A stretch of DNA of 49,920 nucleotides from Patescibacteria group bacterium (GTDB taxonomy: Bacteria > Patescibacteriota > Minisyncoccia > Phycocordibacterales > WO2-35-19): the NCBI GenBank assembly GCA_038064735.1, contig JBBTSI010000004.1, forward strand, positions 1-49,920, read 5' to 3'. Below are positions 28,539 to 38,880 of the stretch, in pieces. The position numbers and the translations under genes are program-made. Position 1 is the first letter of the stretch. Each line of letters starts with the position of its first letter. A model generated the notes under the pieces. That model saw nothing but the letters and a program-made list of their open reading frames with translations. It was not told where the DNA came from and did no database searches.

Positions 28539-30503
28539 ATGCAATATGGTGATGAAAAAAAAGAAAAGCTAAATAATCTTGAAAGGAAACTTTATTCTCG
28601 AAATGCTCCTAATATTATCGATCCCGGCAGATCTGAATTTAAAGAATCCGAGAGAGGAGGAAACAGAGCTGAGACAGAACAAACTAATGAAAGTTGGCCA
28701 GAGGTAAAAGCAAGCAGTTTTGATGAATTGGCTAAAAAAGTATCAAATATGGCTCAGAAAAAAAACCATTTTGTAAAAAATATTTTTATATTCTCTCTAT
28801 TATTTTTTATAGTGGCTGCTGGTGTGGCGGCTTATGTATTTTTTGGTGGTAGCAATTTAGTTTCTTCAAAAAATGTAGATATAAAAGTAGTTGGCCCAAT
28901 ATCAATAGGGGGCGGGCAGGAAGTATCTCTTGATGTAAATATCATAAACAACAACAATGTTGATTTAAGTTCCGCCGCTTTATCGGTGGAATATCCTGAT
29001 GGAACTCGATCTGCAGTGGATCTTTCAAAAGCACTAACTCAAGAAAGATTTCAACTTGACATCATAAAATCTGGGGCAAGTTTCAATCAAAATATTAAAG
29101 CGGTATTTTTTGGAGACAAGGATACAATAAAACAAATTCAACTTTCTTTGGAGTACAGAGTAGAAAATTCAAGTGCTCTGTTTTATAAAGAAAAGGTTTA
29201 TGAACTTTCTATTAGTTCGGCTCCAGTTATCGTCACTCCGACTTACCCTAAGGAAGTTAATTCTGGCCAAGAAATATCTTTTAATATAGAAGTAGCTTCA
29301 AATTCAAAAGATAAGATAAGCAATTTTTTGGTTAAGGCCGAATACCCATTTGGGTTTAATTTTGAAAGTGCTTCACCTAGTGCCGCTTTTGGTAATAATA
29401 TTTGGCAATTTTCCAATTTAAATTCGGGAGAAAAGAAAACTATTGCAATAAGAGGAAATATTGTTGGTCAAGACAATGAAGAGAAAGTTTTCAAAATAAG
29501 CTCTGGTGAAGCCAGCGAAAACGATGAGAGACAGATATCCGTACCTTTTTCCGATCTAATGGAATCAATTTTAGTGAAAAAACCCTTTATAGGTTTGAAT
29601 GTTTCGGTTGGTGGTCAAAATGGCGATTATGCTACTAATGGAGGCAATCGGGTAGAAACTCGTTTTATTGTCAGAAATAATTTGCCATCCAGGATATTTA
29701 ATACTTCTGTAGAAGTTTCATTTAAAGGTGGTGCTTTAAATCAATCCAGTATTAAACCCGGAGAAAATGGATTTTTTCAATCATTCAACAATACTATTTT
29801 GTGGGACAAGAGATCATTGTCTGAACTAACAGATATGGGCCCAGGTTCAGAAAAGCAATTTTCTTTTAGTTTGTCACCACTTTTGTATTCTGAAATAGCC
29901 AGTGGAGCCAAGCCAAATATAGAAATAACCATAACTGTCAAAGGGGAAAGGATATTGGAATCCGGTTCGCCGGAAATGGTTTCTGCTACAGAGACAAGAA
30001 AGATTGTTCTCGCAACAGATTTGGTTTTGACATCAAAAACCACTAGGTCACAAGGCAGTATTGAAAATTCCGGACCGGTACCTCCAAAAGCTGACACACC
30101 GACTACTTATAATGTAGTTTGGAGTATTAGTAATACTTTTAATCAAGTAAGTAATGTTGAGGTCAGAGCGACTTTACCGGCTTATGTGAAATGGACCAAT
30201 TTGAAAAGTCCGGCGGGTGAAATTATATCATTCAATCAAGTTACTAAAGAAATGGTTTGGAATGTGGGTTCGGTTTTGCCAAATACTGGATTCGGTTCAA
30301 ATCCAAAGCAAGTTTACTTTCAGTTGGAATTTTTACCGAGCATTAGCCAAATTGGAAGAGCCCAAAATCTTATTGGCGACACTTATATTTCTGGAGTAGA
30401 TAAAATAACTGGGGTTAAAATAGAGTCAAAAATTTCTGGAGTTACTACTAATTTTTCCGGAGACCCTGATTTTAAAGTGGGAGATGACAGAGTGGTACAA
30501 TAA
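28539..30503 (+). CDS. membrane-anchored protein with Ig-like/DUF11-like beta repeats
   Basis: single TM; repeated YP.GF.F..A.P / W..G.L motifs. Confidence 0.75.
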   Translation: MQYGDEKKEKLNNLERKLYSRNAPNIIDPGRSEFKESERGGNRAETEQTNESWPEVKASSFDELAKKVSNMAQKKNHFVKNIFIFSLLFFIVAAGVAAYVFFGGSNLVSSKNVDIKVVGPISIGGGQEVSLDVNIINNNNVDLSSAALSVEYPDGTRSAVDLSKALTQERFQLDIIKSGASFNQNIKAVFFGDKDTIKQIQLSLEYRVENSSALFYKEKVYELSISSAPVIVTPTYPKEVNSGQEISFNIEVASNSKDKISNFLVKAEYPFGFNFESASPSAAFGNNIWQFSNLNSGEKKTIAIRGNIVGQDNEEKVFKISSGEASENDERQISVPFSDLMESILVKKPFIGLNVSVGGQNGDYATNGGNRVETRFIVRNNLPSRIFNTSVEVSFKGGALNQSSIKPGENGFFQSFNNTILWDKRSLSELTDMGPGSEKQFSFSLSPLLYSEIASGAKPNIEITITVKGERILESGSPEMVSATETRKIVLATDLVLTSKTTRSQGSIENSGPVPPKADTPTTYNVVWSISNTFNQVSNVEVRATLPAYVKWTNLKSPAGEIISFNQVTKEMVWNVGSVLPNTGFGSNPKQVYFQLEFLPSISQIGRAQNLIGDTYISGVDKITGVKIESKISGVTTNFSGDPDFKVGDDRVVQ

Positions 30504-30519
30504 TGGTAATTTAGGGTAT

Positions 30520-31842
30520 ATGAAAGAAAAAGAAGAAAACAATAAGATGGAAAAAATAATTTCCCTTTGTAAAAGAAGGGGATTCATATTTCAAGGTTCG
30601 GAAATTTATGGTGGACTCGCTGGTACTTGGGATTATGGGCCTTATGGCGTAACTCTTAAAGGAAATGCCAAAGATTCTTGGTGGCAGAGATTTGTTACCA
30701 ATAGGGAAGATATGTACGGTATGGATGCAGCTATTTTAATGAATCAAAATGTTTGGAAAGCAACCGGTCATGTTGGTGGTTTTTCTGATCCTTTAGCGGA
30801 ATGTAAAAAATGCAAAAAAAGATTTAGAACTGACCAACTACCTGATAAAAAGAAATGTCCCGAATGTAACGGTGAAATGGGTGAAGAAAGGCAATTCAAC
30901 ATGCTTTTCAAAACTCATGTCGGCGCTTTGGAGGATGAAAATTCTGTTTCGTACCTGCGGCCAGAGACTGCTCAGGGTATGTTTGTAAATTATAAAAATA
31001 TTATTGATTCTTTTCATCCAAAATTACCTTTCGGTATGGCTCAGATTGGTAAAGCTTTTCGAAATGAAATTGCGCCTAGAGATTTTACTTTTAGAGCCAG
31101 AGAATTTGAACAGATGGAAATAGAATATTTGGTTGATCCGAAAGATTGGAAAGAAAACTTTGAACATTTCAGAAAAGAAATGCTGGCATGGATAAAAGAA
31201 ATCGGCATAAAAACTGACGGAGTTTATGAGCATGAAATAAGTGACGAAGACAGAGCTTTTTATTCAAAAAGAACGATAGATTTTGAATTTGATTTTCCAT
31301 TTGGAAGAAGCGAACTTTACGGTTTGGCTTACAGGACAGATTATGATTTGAGTCGGCACAGCGCTTCAAGTGGTGTTGATTTGGTTTATTTGAACGAAGA
31401 AACTAAAGAAAAAATAACACCACATTGTATAGAACCATCTTTCGGTTTAGACAGGACAGTTTTGGCAATTTTGAGTTCGGCTTATACCGAAGATGAACTT
31501 GGTGGTGAAAAACGAGTATATTTAAAATTTGTTCCAAAAATAGCGCCGGTTAAAGTTGCAGTATTTCCGCTTTTGAAAAATAAACCTCAGCTCGTAGAAA
31601 AAGCTAGAGAAGTTTATAAAACTCTAAAGAAAGAATTTGGAGCAGTTGAATTTGATGACAACGGTAATATTGGAAAGAGATATAGAAGACAAGATGAAAT
31701 TGGTACCCCGTTTTGCATCACAGTCGATTTTGATACTTTGGAAAAAAACGAAGGAGTGACTGTGCGTGATAGAGATAGCGGTAAACAGGAAAGAGTTTCT
31801 GAAAAAGATTTAATTTTCTATCTTAAAGAAAAATTGGTATAA
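30520..31842 (+). CDS. glyQS: glycine--tRNA ligase, alpha2 type
   Basis: CKRRGF, YLRPETAQG, FRNEI.PR, REFEQME, IEPSFG.DR, IGKRYRRQDEIGTP. Confidence 0.96.
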   Translation: MKEKEENNKMEKIISLCKRRGFIFQGSEIYGGLAGTWDYGPYGVTLKGNAKDSWWQRFVTNREDMYGMDAAILMNQNVWKATGHVGGFSDPLAECKKCKKRFRTDQLPDKKKCPECNGEMGEERQFNMLFKTHVGALEDENSVSYLRPETAQGMFVNYKNIIDSFHPKLPFGMAQIGKAFRNEIAPRDFTFRAREFEQMEIEYLVDPKDWKENFEHFRKEMLAWIKEIGIKTDGVYEHEISDEDRAFYSKRTIDFEFDFPFGRSELYGLAYRTDYDLSRHSASSGVDLVYLNEETKEKITPHCIEPSFGLDRTVLAILSSAYTEDELGGEKRVYLKFVPKIAPVKVAVFPLLKNKPQLVEKAREVYKTLKKEFGAVEFDDNGNIGKRYRRQDEIGTPFCITVDFDTLEKNEGVTVRDRDSGKQERVSEKDLIFYLKEKLV

Positions 31843-31851
31843 TACAAATAA

Positions 31852-32937
31852 ATGACTACTCGTCACGCTGACAAAATAATTCAGATAAGTTCAGGGACTA
31901 TTATAAAATCCCTGCTTATAGGTGTGTTGTTTTTAGTTTTTTATTATTTGAGAGACGTCGTTTTGGTGGTGATCCTTGCTATTATCATTGCTTCAGCTAT
32001 AGAGCCGGGTACTCAGTGGTTTTTACGTCGTAAAGTGCCTCGTATCCTTGCTGTGCTTTTGATTTATTTCACCGCCGTGGTGGTTTTAGTGGGGGTATTT
32101 TATTTCTTGTTTTTACCTTTACTTAGTCAATCTGCAGCGTTTCTTTCTACTTTACCTGGATATTTGGGAGAACTTCAGATCTGGAATCCTTTGCAAAATA
32201 ATCAACTTCTTTCTTCAAATGCAGTTGTGCAAGGATTTTCTCAAACTTTCTCTTTGTCACAAATCGTCCAGCAAATTAACGGTGCTGTTTCCAGTTATTC
32301 GGAAGGATTTTTCTCTACTGCAAGCATGGTCTTCGGTGGTATTTTAAGTTTCCTTTTGGTTATAGTTTTATCTTTCTATTTATCTGTTGAATCAGATGGA
32401 GTTTCAAGTTTTTTGCGTATAGTTACTCCGGCCAAAAATGAAAAATACGTATTAAGTTTATGGAAGAGATCTCAGCATAAAATAGGCCTTTGGATGCAGG
32501 GTCAGGTAGTGTTGGCTATTATCGTCGCTATGCTGGTGTTTTTGGGTTTGACTTTGTTTGGCATAGAAAATGCTCTTTTGCTGGCCGTGTTAGCCGGATT
32601 ATTCGAAATCATTCCTATTTTTGGTCCGATTCTTGCCGCTATTCCTGCGGTGACGTCGGCCTTGGTCACAAACGGTATGACCAGTGCTCTTTTGGTGGTA
32701 GGTCTTTATGTGATTATCCAGCAATTTGAAAACCAACTTATATATCCTTTGGTAGTCAAAAAAATCGTTGGAGTACCTCCTATTATCTCTATTTTAGCTC
32801 TTATTGTAGGTTATCAGTTAGCTGGGTTTATTGGACTTCTTATATCGGTGCCAGTAGCGACTATGTTTTTGGAATTTCTAAATGATGTAGAAAAAGACAA
32901 AATCGCTCAATCAGAACGCTTGAAAACCAGTGACTAA
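31852..32937 (+). CDS. AI-2E family transporter
   Basis: multi-TM; IPIFGP, QQFENQLIYP, GLLISVP. Confidence 0.9.
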   Translation: MTTRHADKIIQISSGTIIKSLLIGVLFLVFYYLRDVVLVVILAIIIASAIEPGTQWFLRRKVPRILAVLLIYFTAVVVLVGVFYFLFLPLLSQSAAFLSTLPGYLGELQIWNPLQNNQLLSSNAVVQGFSQTFSLSQIVQQINGAVSSYSEGFFSTASMVFGGILSFLLVIVLSFYLSVESDGVSSFLRIVTPAKNEKYVLSLWKRSQHKIGLWMQGQVVLAIIVAMLVFLGLTLFGIENALLLAVLAGLFEIIPIFGPILAAIPAVTSALVTNGMTSALLVVGLYVIIQQFENQLIYPLVVKKIVGVPPIISILALIVGYQLAGFIGLLISVPVATMFLEFLNDVEKDKIAQSERLKTSD

Positions 32938-32955
32938 AAGTGATATTCTTCTCTT

Positions 32956-34398
32956 GTGTCTAAAACATTTTACATAACAACCACTTTGCCTTACGTAAAT
33001 GCTGATTTGCATCTCGGTCACGCTCTTGAATTTATCAGAGCGGATGCAATCGCCAGATATAAAAAACTAAGCGGTTTCGAAGTATTTTTCAATAGTGGGA
33101 CAGATGAACATGGTATGAAGATTTATGAGAGAGCACAGGAGAGTGGTAAAAGTCCACAAGTATTTGTTGATGAAGCTTTCAAAAGATTTAAAGAACAAAC
33201 CAAATCATTTGGCATGTCTCTAGATACACATTATATCCGTACAACCGATGAAGGTCATATGAAATCAGCCCAAAATTTTTGGCAAAAAGTTTCTGATAAC
33301 GGATTTATTTATAAAAAGAATTACGAGGCGAAATATTGTGTAGGGTGTGAAGAGGAAAAAACCGAATCCCAGCTTGTAGATGGTAAATGCCCGATACATA
33401 CCGATAGGGAATTGGAAACGGTAAATGAAGAAAATTATTTCTTTGCTTTTTCGAAATTCCAAAAACCACTTTTGGAATTTTATGAAAAGCATCCTGATTT
33501 TGTTGTCCCCCAATTTCGATACAATGAAGTTCTTGCTTTTGTTAAAAATGGTCTTCAAGATTTCAGTATTTCCAGATTGAAATCAAAAATGTCTTGGGGT
33601 ATAGCGGTACCTGGAGATGAAAAACATGTGATGTATGTTTGGTTTGATGCTTTGACCAACTATATTTCCACTTTAGGTTGGGGTACCGATAATGAAGAAA
33701 ATTTTAAAAAGTTTTGGTTAGAAGGTAATCCAACTCAGTATTGTGGCAAAGACAATACTCGTTTTCAAGCCATAATGTGGCAAGCGATGCTTATGGCGGC
33801 AGAAGTTCCAAATAGCCACCAGATAGTGGTGAATGGTTTTATAACTGCTGAAGGTGGTGTGAAGATGTCAAAATCTTTGGGTAATGTAGTAGATCCGAAA
33901 GAAATTTCTGCGGAGTACGGTATAGACGCTCTGAGATATTTTTTATTGAGAGAGGTTTCTAGTTTTGAAGATAGCCCTTTTTCGAGTGATCGTTTTAAAG
34001 AAGTTTATAATGCTGGTCTAGCCAATGGTTTAGGAAATTTGGTGAGCAGAATAATGAAAATGGCTCAGGATAATTTGGAAAAACCGGTAGAAATTCCGGA
34101 AAAAAGTATTCCGCAAGAATTTTTTGATTATTTGGATAAATTTGAAATAAACAAAGCTTGCGATTTTATTTGGAAAGAAATTTCTGAAATGGATAAATTT
34201 ATCCAAGAAAATCAGCCATTTAAAGTGGTTAAGACCGATAAAGAAAAAGGCCAGCAGATGATTTCTGATTTGGTTGTGAGACTATATTCTGTCGCCAAAG
34301 TGTTAGAACCAATTTTACCTGAGACTTCAGCAAAAATAAAAGAACTTGTTAAAACCAATAAAACTCCGGAAAAACCTCTTTTTGTAAGGAAAGATTAA
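32956..34398 (+). CDS. metG: methionine--tRNA ligase (no C-terminal tRNA-binding domain)
   Basis: YITTTLPYVN..HLGH, GTDEHG, YVWFDAL, KMSKSLGN. Confidence 0.96.
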   Translation: MSKTFYITTTLPYVNADLHLGHALEFIRADAIARYKKLSGFEVFFNSGTDEHGMKIYERAQESGKSPQVFVDEAFKRFKEQTKSFGMSLDTHYIRTTDEGHMKSAQNFWQKVSDNGFIYKKNYEAKYCVGCEEEKTESQLVDGKCPIHTDRELETVNEENYFFAFSKFQKPLLEFYEKHPDFVVPQFRYNEVLAFVKNGLQDFSISRLKSKMSWGIAVPGDEKHVMYVWFDALTNYISTLGWGTDNEENFKKFWLEGNPTQYCGKDNTRFQAIMWQAMLMAAEVPNSHQIVVNGFITAEGGVKMSKSLGNVVDPKEISAEYGIDALRYFLLREVSSFEDSPFSSDRFKEVYNAGLANGLGNLVSRIMKMAQDNLEKPVEIPEKSIPQEFFDYLDKFEINKACDFIWKEISEMDKFIQENQPFKVVKTDKEKGQQMISDLVVRLYSVAKVLEPILPETSAKIKELVKTNKTPEKPLFVRKD

Positions 34399-34403
34399 TG
34401 AAT

Positions 34404-34468
34404 CCCGTTAGAAATTCATTCATATTATAAATATACTCATGATAGATATTAGTAAAATTTCTAACGGG
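34404..34468. mobile_element. start-codon-associated TIR element, copy 1 (tatD)
   Basis: ATGAAT-CCCGTTAGAAAT...ATTTCTAACGGG-ATGAAA. Confidence 0.85.
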
Positions 34469-35311
34469 ATGAAATACATCGATATACATAGTCATTTGGA
34501 CAGAGAGGATTATGGCCCTGATTTTGAGGCAGTTTTGGCACGTATGAAAGAGCAAGAAGTTGGAGCCATAGCTATAGGTGCGGATTTCCAAAGCTCAAAA
34601 AAAGCGGTTGAAATTGCTGAAGCCAATGAAAATGTTTGGGCTTGTATTGGGGTGCACCCCGAAGGAATTTCTCCGAAATCCTACGGGGCAGGTCCAGAAA
34701 CGGCTGAGAATAATAACATTTTAGAATTTGAAAAATTGGTTTCCAATCCCAAAGTAGTCGCCATAGGTGAATGTGGATTGGATTACTTCTTTGGGCGCCG
34801 AAGCTTTAGCGAAGGAGGCTTATCAAATGAAGAACTAAAAAAAATCCAAAAAGAATTATTTAAGAAACATATTGAGTTTGCTATTAAACACGACAAGCCA
34901 CTTATGTTACATATAAGAGATGCCTATGATGATGCTTTAGAAATTTTAAATAATTACAAAAAAGAAGCAGGAGAGACATTGCGGGGCAATGTACACTTTT
35001 TTGCTGGTAATATTGATGTTGCTAAAAAGTTTTTGGATCTAGGTTTTACAATGTCTTTCACTGGAGTCATCACTTTCACTCATGATTATGACGAGGTTAT
35101 AAAATATATTCCGCAAAATTCCATAATGTCCGAGACGGACGCGCCTTTTGTTGCTCCGATACCTTTCCGTGGCAAACGCAACGAACCTGTCTATGTGATT
35201 GAGGTCATCAAAAAGTTGGCGGAAATCCGAGGAGAGGATTTTGAAACTTTAAACTCTGCAATTTTAGCTAATGCTAAGCGAGTTTTTGCTTTTTTGGGAC
35301 AAAAATGTTAG
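34469..35311 (+). CDS. tatD: TatD family hydrolase
   Basis: IDIHSH, GVHP, IGECGLD, HIRDA, SETDAP, RNEP. Confidence 0.95.
   Translation: MKYIDIHSHLDREDYGPDFEAVLARMKEQEVGAIAIGADFQSSKKAVEIAEANENVWACIGVHPEGISPKSYGAGPETAENNNILEFEKLVSNPKVVAIGECGLDYFFGRRSFSEGGLSNEELKKIQKELFKKHIEFAIKHDKPLMLHIRDAYDDALEILNNYKKEAGETLRGNVHFFAGNIDVAKKFLDLGFTMSFTGVITFTHDYDEVIKYIPQNSIMSETDAPFVAPIPFRGKRNEPVYVIEVIKKLAEIRGEDFETLNSAILANAKRVFAFLGQKC
34796..34818 (+). repeat. family B palindrome in frame in tatD (RRSFSEGG)
   Basis: CGCCGAAGCTTTAGCGAAGGAGG. Confidence 0.75.
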
Positions 35312-35395
35312 AGTGTGCAAGTTCAAATCAGAGGCGCTAATTACTATAACTGCCTCTATCTGCCATAGGGTGGACCCATTTGAGCGATAATAATT

Positions 35396-35890
35396 ATGAA
35401 AGAAAAAGACGAAATGTTAGATGATGTTCAGGTTTATGAAGTAGGTTTTCATATTCTGCCTACCGTTCCTGAAGAAAAGTTGCCGGAATTGGTTTTAAAA
35501 ATAAAAGATTCCATAACTCAAAATGGGGGAGAAATCATCAGTGATGATTTTCCCAAAATGAGAGTTCTTGCTTACGAAATAAAAAAGCGCGTAGAAACCA
35601 AATATTCAACCTTCAATAAGGCATATTTTGGCTGGGTGAAATTTGAAATTTTGCCAGTTTTTGTCGCTAAATTAAAAACAGAAATGGAAACCAACCCGGA
35701 TGTTTTGAGATTTATAATAATCAAAACTGTTAGAGAAAATACTATGCATTCTCCAAAAGCTCCAATGGTTATGAAAACCGGAGCTACCGAAGAAGTGAAA
35801 ATACCTGAATTTGTACCAACAGAAAAAGTTGAAATTTCTGAAGCTGATATAGACAAAAGTATCGATGAACTTTTGATCAATGAAAATTAA
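35396..35890 (+). CDS. rpsF: 30S ribosomal protein S6 (acidic C-terminal extension)
   Basis: YE..F.I.P, LAYEIKK, VLRFII; rpsF-ssb-rpsR synteny. Confidence 0.9.
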   Translation: MKEKDEMLDDVQVYEVGFHILPTVPEEKLPELVLKIKDSITQNGGEIISDDFPKMRVLAYEIKKRVETKYSTFNKAYFGWVKFEILPVFVAKLKTEMETNPDVLRFIIIKTVRENTMHSPKAPMVMKTGATEEVKIPEFVPTEKVEISEADIDKSIDELLINEN

Positions 35891-35924
35891 TTAAAAATTG
35901 TTTGAAAATTTAAAATTAACTAAC

Positions 35925-36377
35925 ATGTACATAAACAAAGCGATTCTTTACGGTAACTTGACCAGAGAACCTGAACTCAAATCTTTACCGTCAGGTTCTC
36001 AAGTGTGTGAATTTGGGATAGCTACTAACCGTGTTTGGAAAGATAAAAATGGCGCTAAACAAGAATCAGCCGATTTCCACAATATCGTGGTTTTTGGTAA
36101 GCAAGCTGAACTTATCAAGCAATATTTGCACAAAGGCAGTGGAGTATTTTTGGAGGGCCGTATTCAAACCAGAAGTTGGGATGCTCAAGATGGAACCAAA
36201 AAATACAGAACTGAAATTGTAGTTGATAAATTCCAATTTGGTCCTAAGGGAGGTAGTTCAACTGGTGGTTCTTATGAAAATAATCAGTCTTCATCAAAAA
36301 CTGATAGCAAAAAGGAAGAAGCTCCTGTTATAGAATATCCGGAAGAAGAAATTAGTTCTGAAGATATTCCTTTCTAA
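35925..36377 (+). CDS. ssb: single-stranded DNA-binding protein
   Basis: NKAILYGNLTREPE, EGRIQTRSW, C-terminal DIPF. Confidence 0.97.
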   Translation: MYINKAILYGNLTREPELKSLPSGSQVCEFGIATNRVWKDKNGAKQESADFHNIVVFGKQAELIKQYLHKGSGVFLEGRIQTRSWDAQDGTKKYRTEIVVDKFQFGPKGGSSTGGSYENNQSSSKTDSKKEEAPVIEYPEEEISSEDIPF

Positions 36378-36396
36378 TTAAATTAATTAAAATATT

Positions 36397-36606
36397 ATGA
36401 CAAACAAACAAACTTGTTACTTTAAGCAAAATGGTATCAAATATATTGATTACAAAGATACCGAACTTCTAAAGAAGTTTATCAATCCTCACGCTCGTAT
36501 TCTCGGTAAAAAGAGAACCGGTATCTCTACCGAATACCAAAAGAAACTCGCTATGGCTGTGAAGCGCGCCCGCTTTATGGCTTTGATGCCCTATCTTTCT
36601 AGATAA
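36397..36606 (+). CDS. rpsR: 30S ribosomal protein S18
   Basis: IDYKD..LL.KF, AVKRARFMALMPY. Confidence 0.96.
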   Translation: MTNKQTCYFKQNGIKYIDYKDTELLKKFINPHARILGKKRTGISTEYQKKLAMAVKRARFMALMPYLSR

Positions 36607-36609
36607 AAT

Positions 36610-36638
36610 AAAAAGCCCCGCATTTTGCGGGGCTTTTT
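36610..36638. terminator. bidirectional terminator between rpsR and efp
   Basis: AAAAAGCCCCGC-atttt-GCGGGGCTTTTT. Confidence 0.8.
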
Positions 36639-36644
36639 ATTTTA

Positions 36645-37205
36645 TTAAACTCTCGAAACGTATTCGCCGTTTTGGGTGTTGACGACGATGGTGTCGCCTT
36701 CATTTATAAAAAGGGGAGCGTTGACCGAAGCGCCCGTTTCTACTTTGACGACTTTGTTACCACCTTGAGCGGTGTTGCCTTTCATGTTTGGGGGAGCTTC
36801 GACGACTTTGAGTTCTACTTTGATAGGTGTTTGTATACCTATAATCTTTTCATCAAAAATCATAGCTTTAGCAATGGCATCTTTTTTTAAGAATTTAACA
36901 CCGTAGCCGATTTGCTCTTCTTTTAAAGTAAATCTTTTGGCAGGGTTACCTTCTTCATGGAACCAGTATTCACCTTTTTGAACGTAAATAAATTTTATGT
37001 CTTTATATTCCAATTCGGCTTCTTCTACTTTTTCGGATACATGGAAAGAGTTTTCGGTCACTCGGCCACTAATGAGATTGCGGAGTTTGGTGGCATTTAC
37101 TGGTTTTCTTTGTTGTTTACGAAAGACGTGGGAAGCGATAACTTCCCAAGGTTCGTTTTGGTAAATGATAAATTTGCCGATTGTGATTTCATTGTATTCA
37201 AGCAT
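36645..37205 (-). CDS. efp: translation elongation factor P
   Basis: KLRNL.SG, KGNTAQGG.K, ETGA.V..PLFI.EGD, GEYVSR. Confidence 0.92.
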   Translation of the reverse strand: MLEYNEITIGKFIIYQNEPWEVIASHVFRKQQRKPVNATKLRNLISGRVTENSFHVSEKVEEAELEYKDIKFIYVQKGEYWFHEEGNPAKRFTLKEEQIGYGVKFLKKDAIAKAMIFDEKIIGIQTPIKVELKVVEAPPNMKGNTAQGGNKVVKVETGASVNAPLFINEGDTIVVNTQNGEYVSRV

Positions 37206-37310
37206 GTGACTGATTTTTAAACTGTAAAATTGGTAAATAAAAAATGCCGAAGCAACACAAGTGTAGCTTAAAATCGAGCTTGAATCAAGGCTGGTTAATA
37301 TTTAGGTTTT

Positions 37311-38414
37311 TTATTCTTCTGGAGCTTCGTCGGGTTCGTTAGTAGCTTTTTCGGAGACTGGGACGATGGAGCCGTTGTTTTCCAAAAGTTTTTTGCGGAT
37401 TTGTTTGAGGATTTCTTCGGTCAATTTTTTGTTTTCTTTGGCTTTGAGGAATTGGCGAGTGGCGTCATAACCACGGCCGATGGGGAGGTCTCCGTATTTA
37501 TAAGAAGCGCCAGATTTTGAAATGATGCCCATTTTTTCACCGAGGGCGATGATTTCGCCTTCTCGAGAAATTCCTTCGTTATACATGAGGTCAAACTCGG
37601 TTTGTTTGAACGGAGCGGCGACTTTATTTTTGACCACTTTGACTCTGACTCGGCCACCCATTATCTCATCACCTTTTTTAATTTGAGCGATTCTTCTTAT
37701 ATCCAACCTGACAGATGTGTAAAACTTCAAAGCTTTGCCTCCCGGAGTAGTTTCTGGGTTACCAAACATCACGCCGATTTGCATCCTGATTTGGTTGATG
37801 AAGATGACGACAGTTTTTGATTTGGCGACAATGGCGGTGAGTTTGCGGAGAGCTTGAGACATAAGTCTGGCCTGTTTGCCGACGTGAAAAGCTCCCATAT
37901 CACCCTCAATTTCATCTTTGGGAGTGAGGGCGGCTACCGAGTCGATAACAATGACATCGATTTTGCCGGAACGGACGAGAGAATCTACAATATCGAGAGC
38001 TTGCTCACCGTTGTCAGGCTGGGAAATAAGCAGTTGGTCTATCTTCACACCCAGCCTCTGGGAGTATTCCGGGTCCATGGCGTGCTCGGCATCAATGAAA
38101 GCGCAAACCCCTCCCATTTTTTGAGCTTCGGCTATGATATGCAGGGATAGGGTGGTTTTACCACTTGATTCTGGACCAAATATTTCTATTATTCTACCTC
38201 GAGGGACACCGCCGACACCGAGCGCTGCATCTAGTCCGATAGAGCCGGTAGGAATGGTGTTTACATCTACATGAGGTTTGTCGCCGAGCATCATGATTGA
38301 GTCGTCACCAAATTTGGTTTTTATTTCTCTGATAGCGTCTGCTACTCCTGATTCGGTATCTTTTTTAGCTAAGTCACTCATCGATGCTTTTTTTGTTTTT
38401 TCTTTCTTCTTCAT
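37311..38414 (-). CDS. recA: recombinase RecA
   Basis: [40 protein letters not shown]. Confidence 0.98.
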   Translation of the reverse strand: MKKKEKTKKASMSDLAKKDTESGVADAIREIKTKFGDDSIMMLGDKPHVDVNTIPTGSIGLDAALGVGGVPRGRIIEIFGPESSGKTTLSLHIIAEAQKMGGVCAFIDAEHAMDPEYSQRLGVKIDQLLISQPDNGEQALDIVDSLVRSGKIDVIVIDSVAALTPKDEIEGDMGAFHVGKQARLMSQALRKLTAIVAKSKTVVIFINQIRMQIGVMFGNPETTPGGKALKFYTSVRLDIRRIAQIKKGDEIMGGRVRVKVVKNKVAAPFKQTEFDLMYNEGISREGEIIALGEKMGIISKSGASYKYGDLPIGRGYDATRQFLKAKENKKLTEEILKQIRKKLLENNGSIVPVSEKATNEPDEAPEE

Positions 38415-38423
38415 AATTTTAAT

Positions 38424-38804
38424 TTAACTTTCTAAAGTAGTAGTGCTTTGCTTGTAATAAACTCGGATTGTTCTCAAAGTCTCTTTTTTAAAACGATCAT
38501 GAGCTTTTATTTCAATTATATTAGACCCAGGGGAAAGCAGCAATTTTTCTTCAAACAGGCCTTCTTTGTTTACAAAGATGGGTTTTTCGTTAAGACTTAT
38601 ATACGTTATGTTTTTTGCTTTTCCATTTATAGTGATGACATTTTCTTGTGTCTCAATGTTTTTATTAGGACTGAATATTTCTATGGTTGGTCCAATCAAA
38701 AGATTCCTAGAATTGAATAACCCATAAGCGACTAACAAAAAAACAGATAAAGTGATTACGAAACGTTTTATATTGAATCCTCTTTCAAATTTATACTGGT
38801 TCAT
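38424..38804 (-). CDS. membrane-anchored Ig-like domain protein
   Basis: N-terminal TM; G.FE..L.L.PG.N.I.I.A.D. Confidence 0.7.
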   Translation of the reverse strand: MNQYKFERGFNIKRFVITLSVFLLVAYGLFNSRNLLIGPTIEIFSPNKNIETQENVITINGKAKNITYISLNEKPIFVNKEGLFEEKLLLSPGSNIIEIKAHDRFKKETLRTIRVYYKQSTTTLES

Positions 38805-38880
38805 CCCGTTAGAAATCTATTTTTTTAAATTTGGTTATTAAGTTTAAGTATAGTGAGTATATCATGGTATTTCTAACGGG
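38805..38880. mobile_element. start-codon-associated TIR element, copy 2 (also supplies the ftsK stop)
   Basis: minus strand ATGAAT-CCCGTTAGAAAT...ATTTCTAACGGG-ATGAAC. Confidence 0.85.

Noticed and set aside
34439-34468. TatD N-terminal extension MIDISKISNG
   Set aside because: Derived from the TIR element; the family motif begins at MKYIDIHSH (34469).
35330-35390. Possible S6:S18 leader RNA before rpsF
   Set aside because: Hairpins are present, but I cannot confirm the motif by eye; it needs a covariance-model search.
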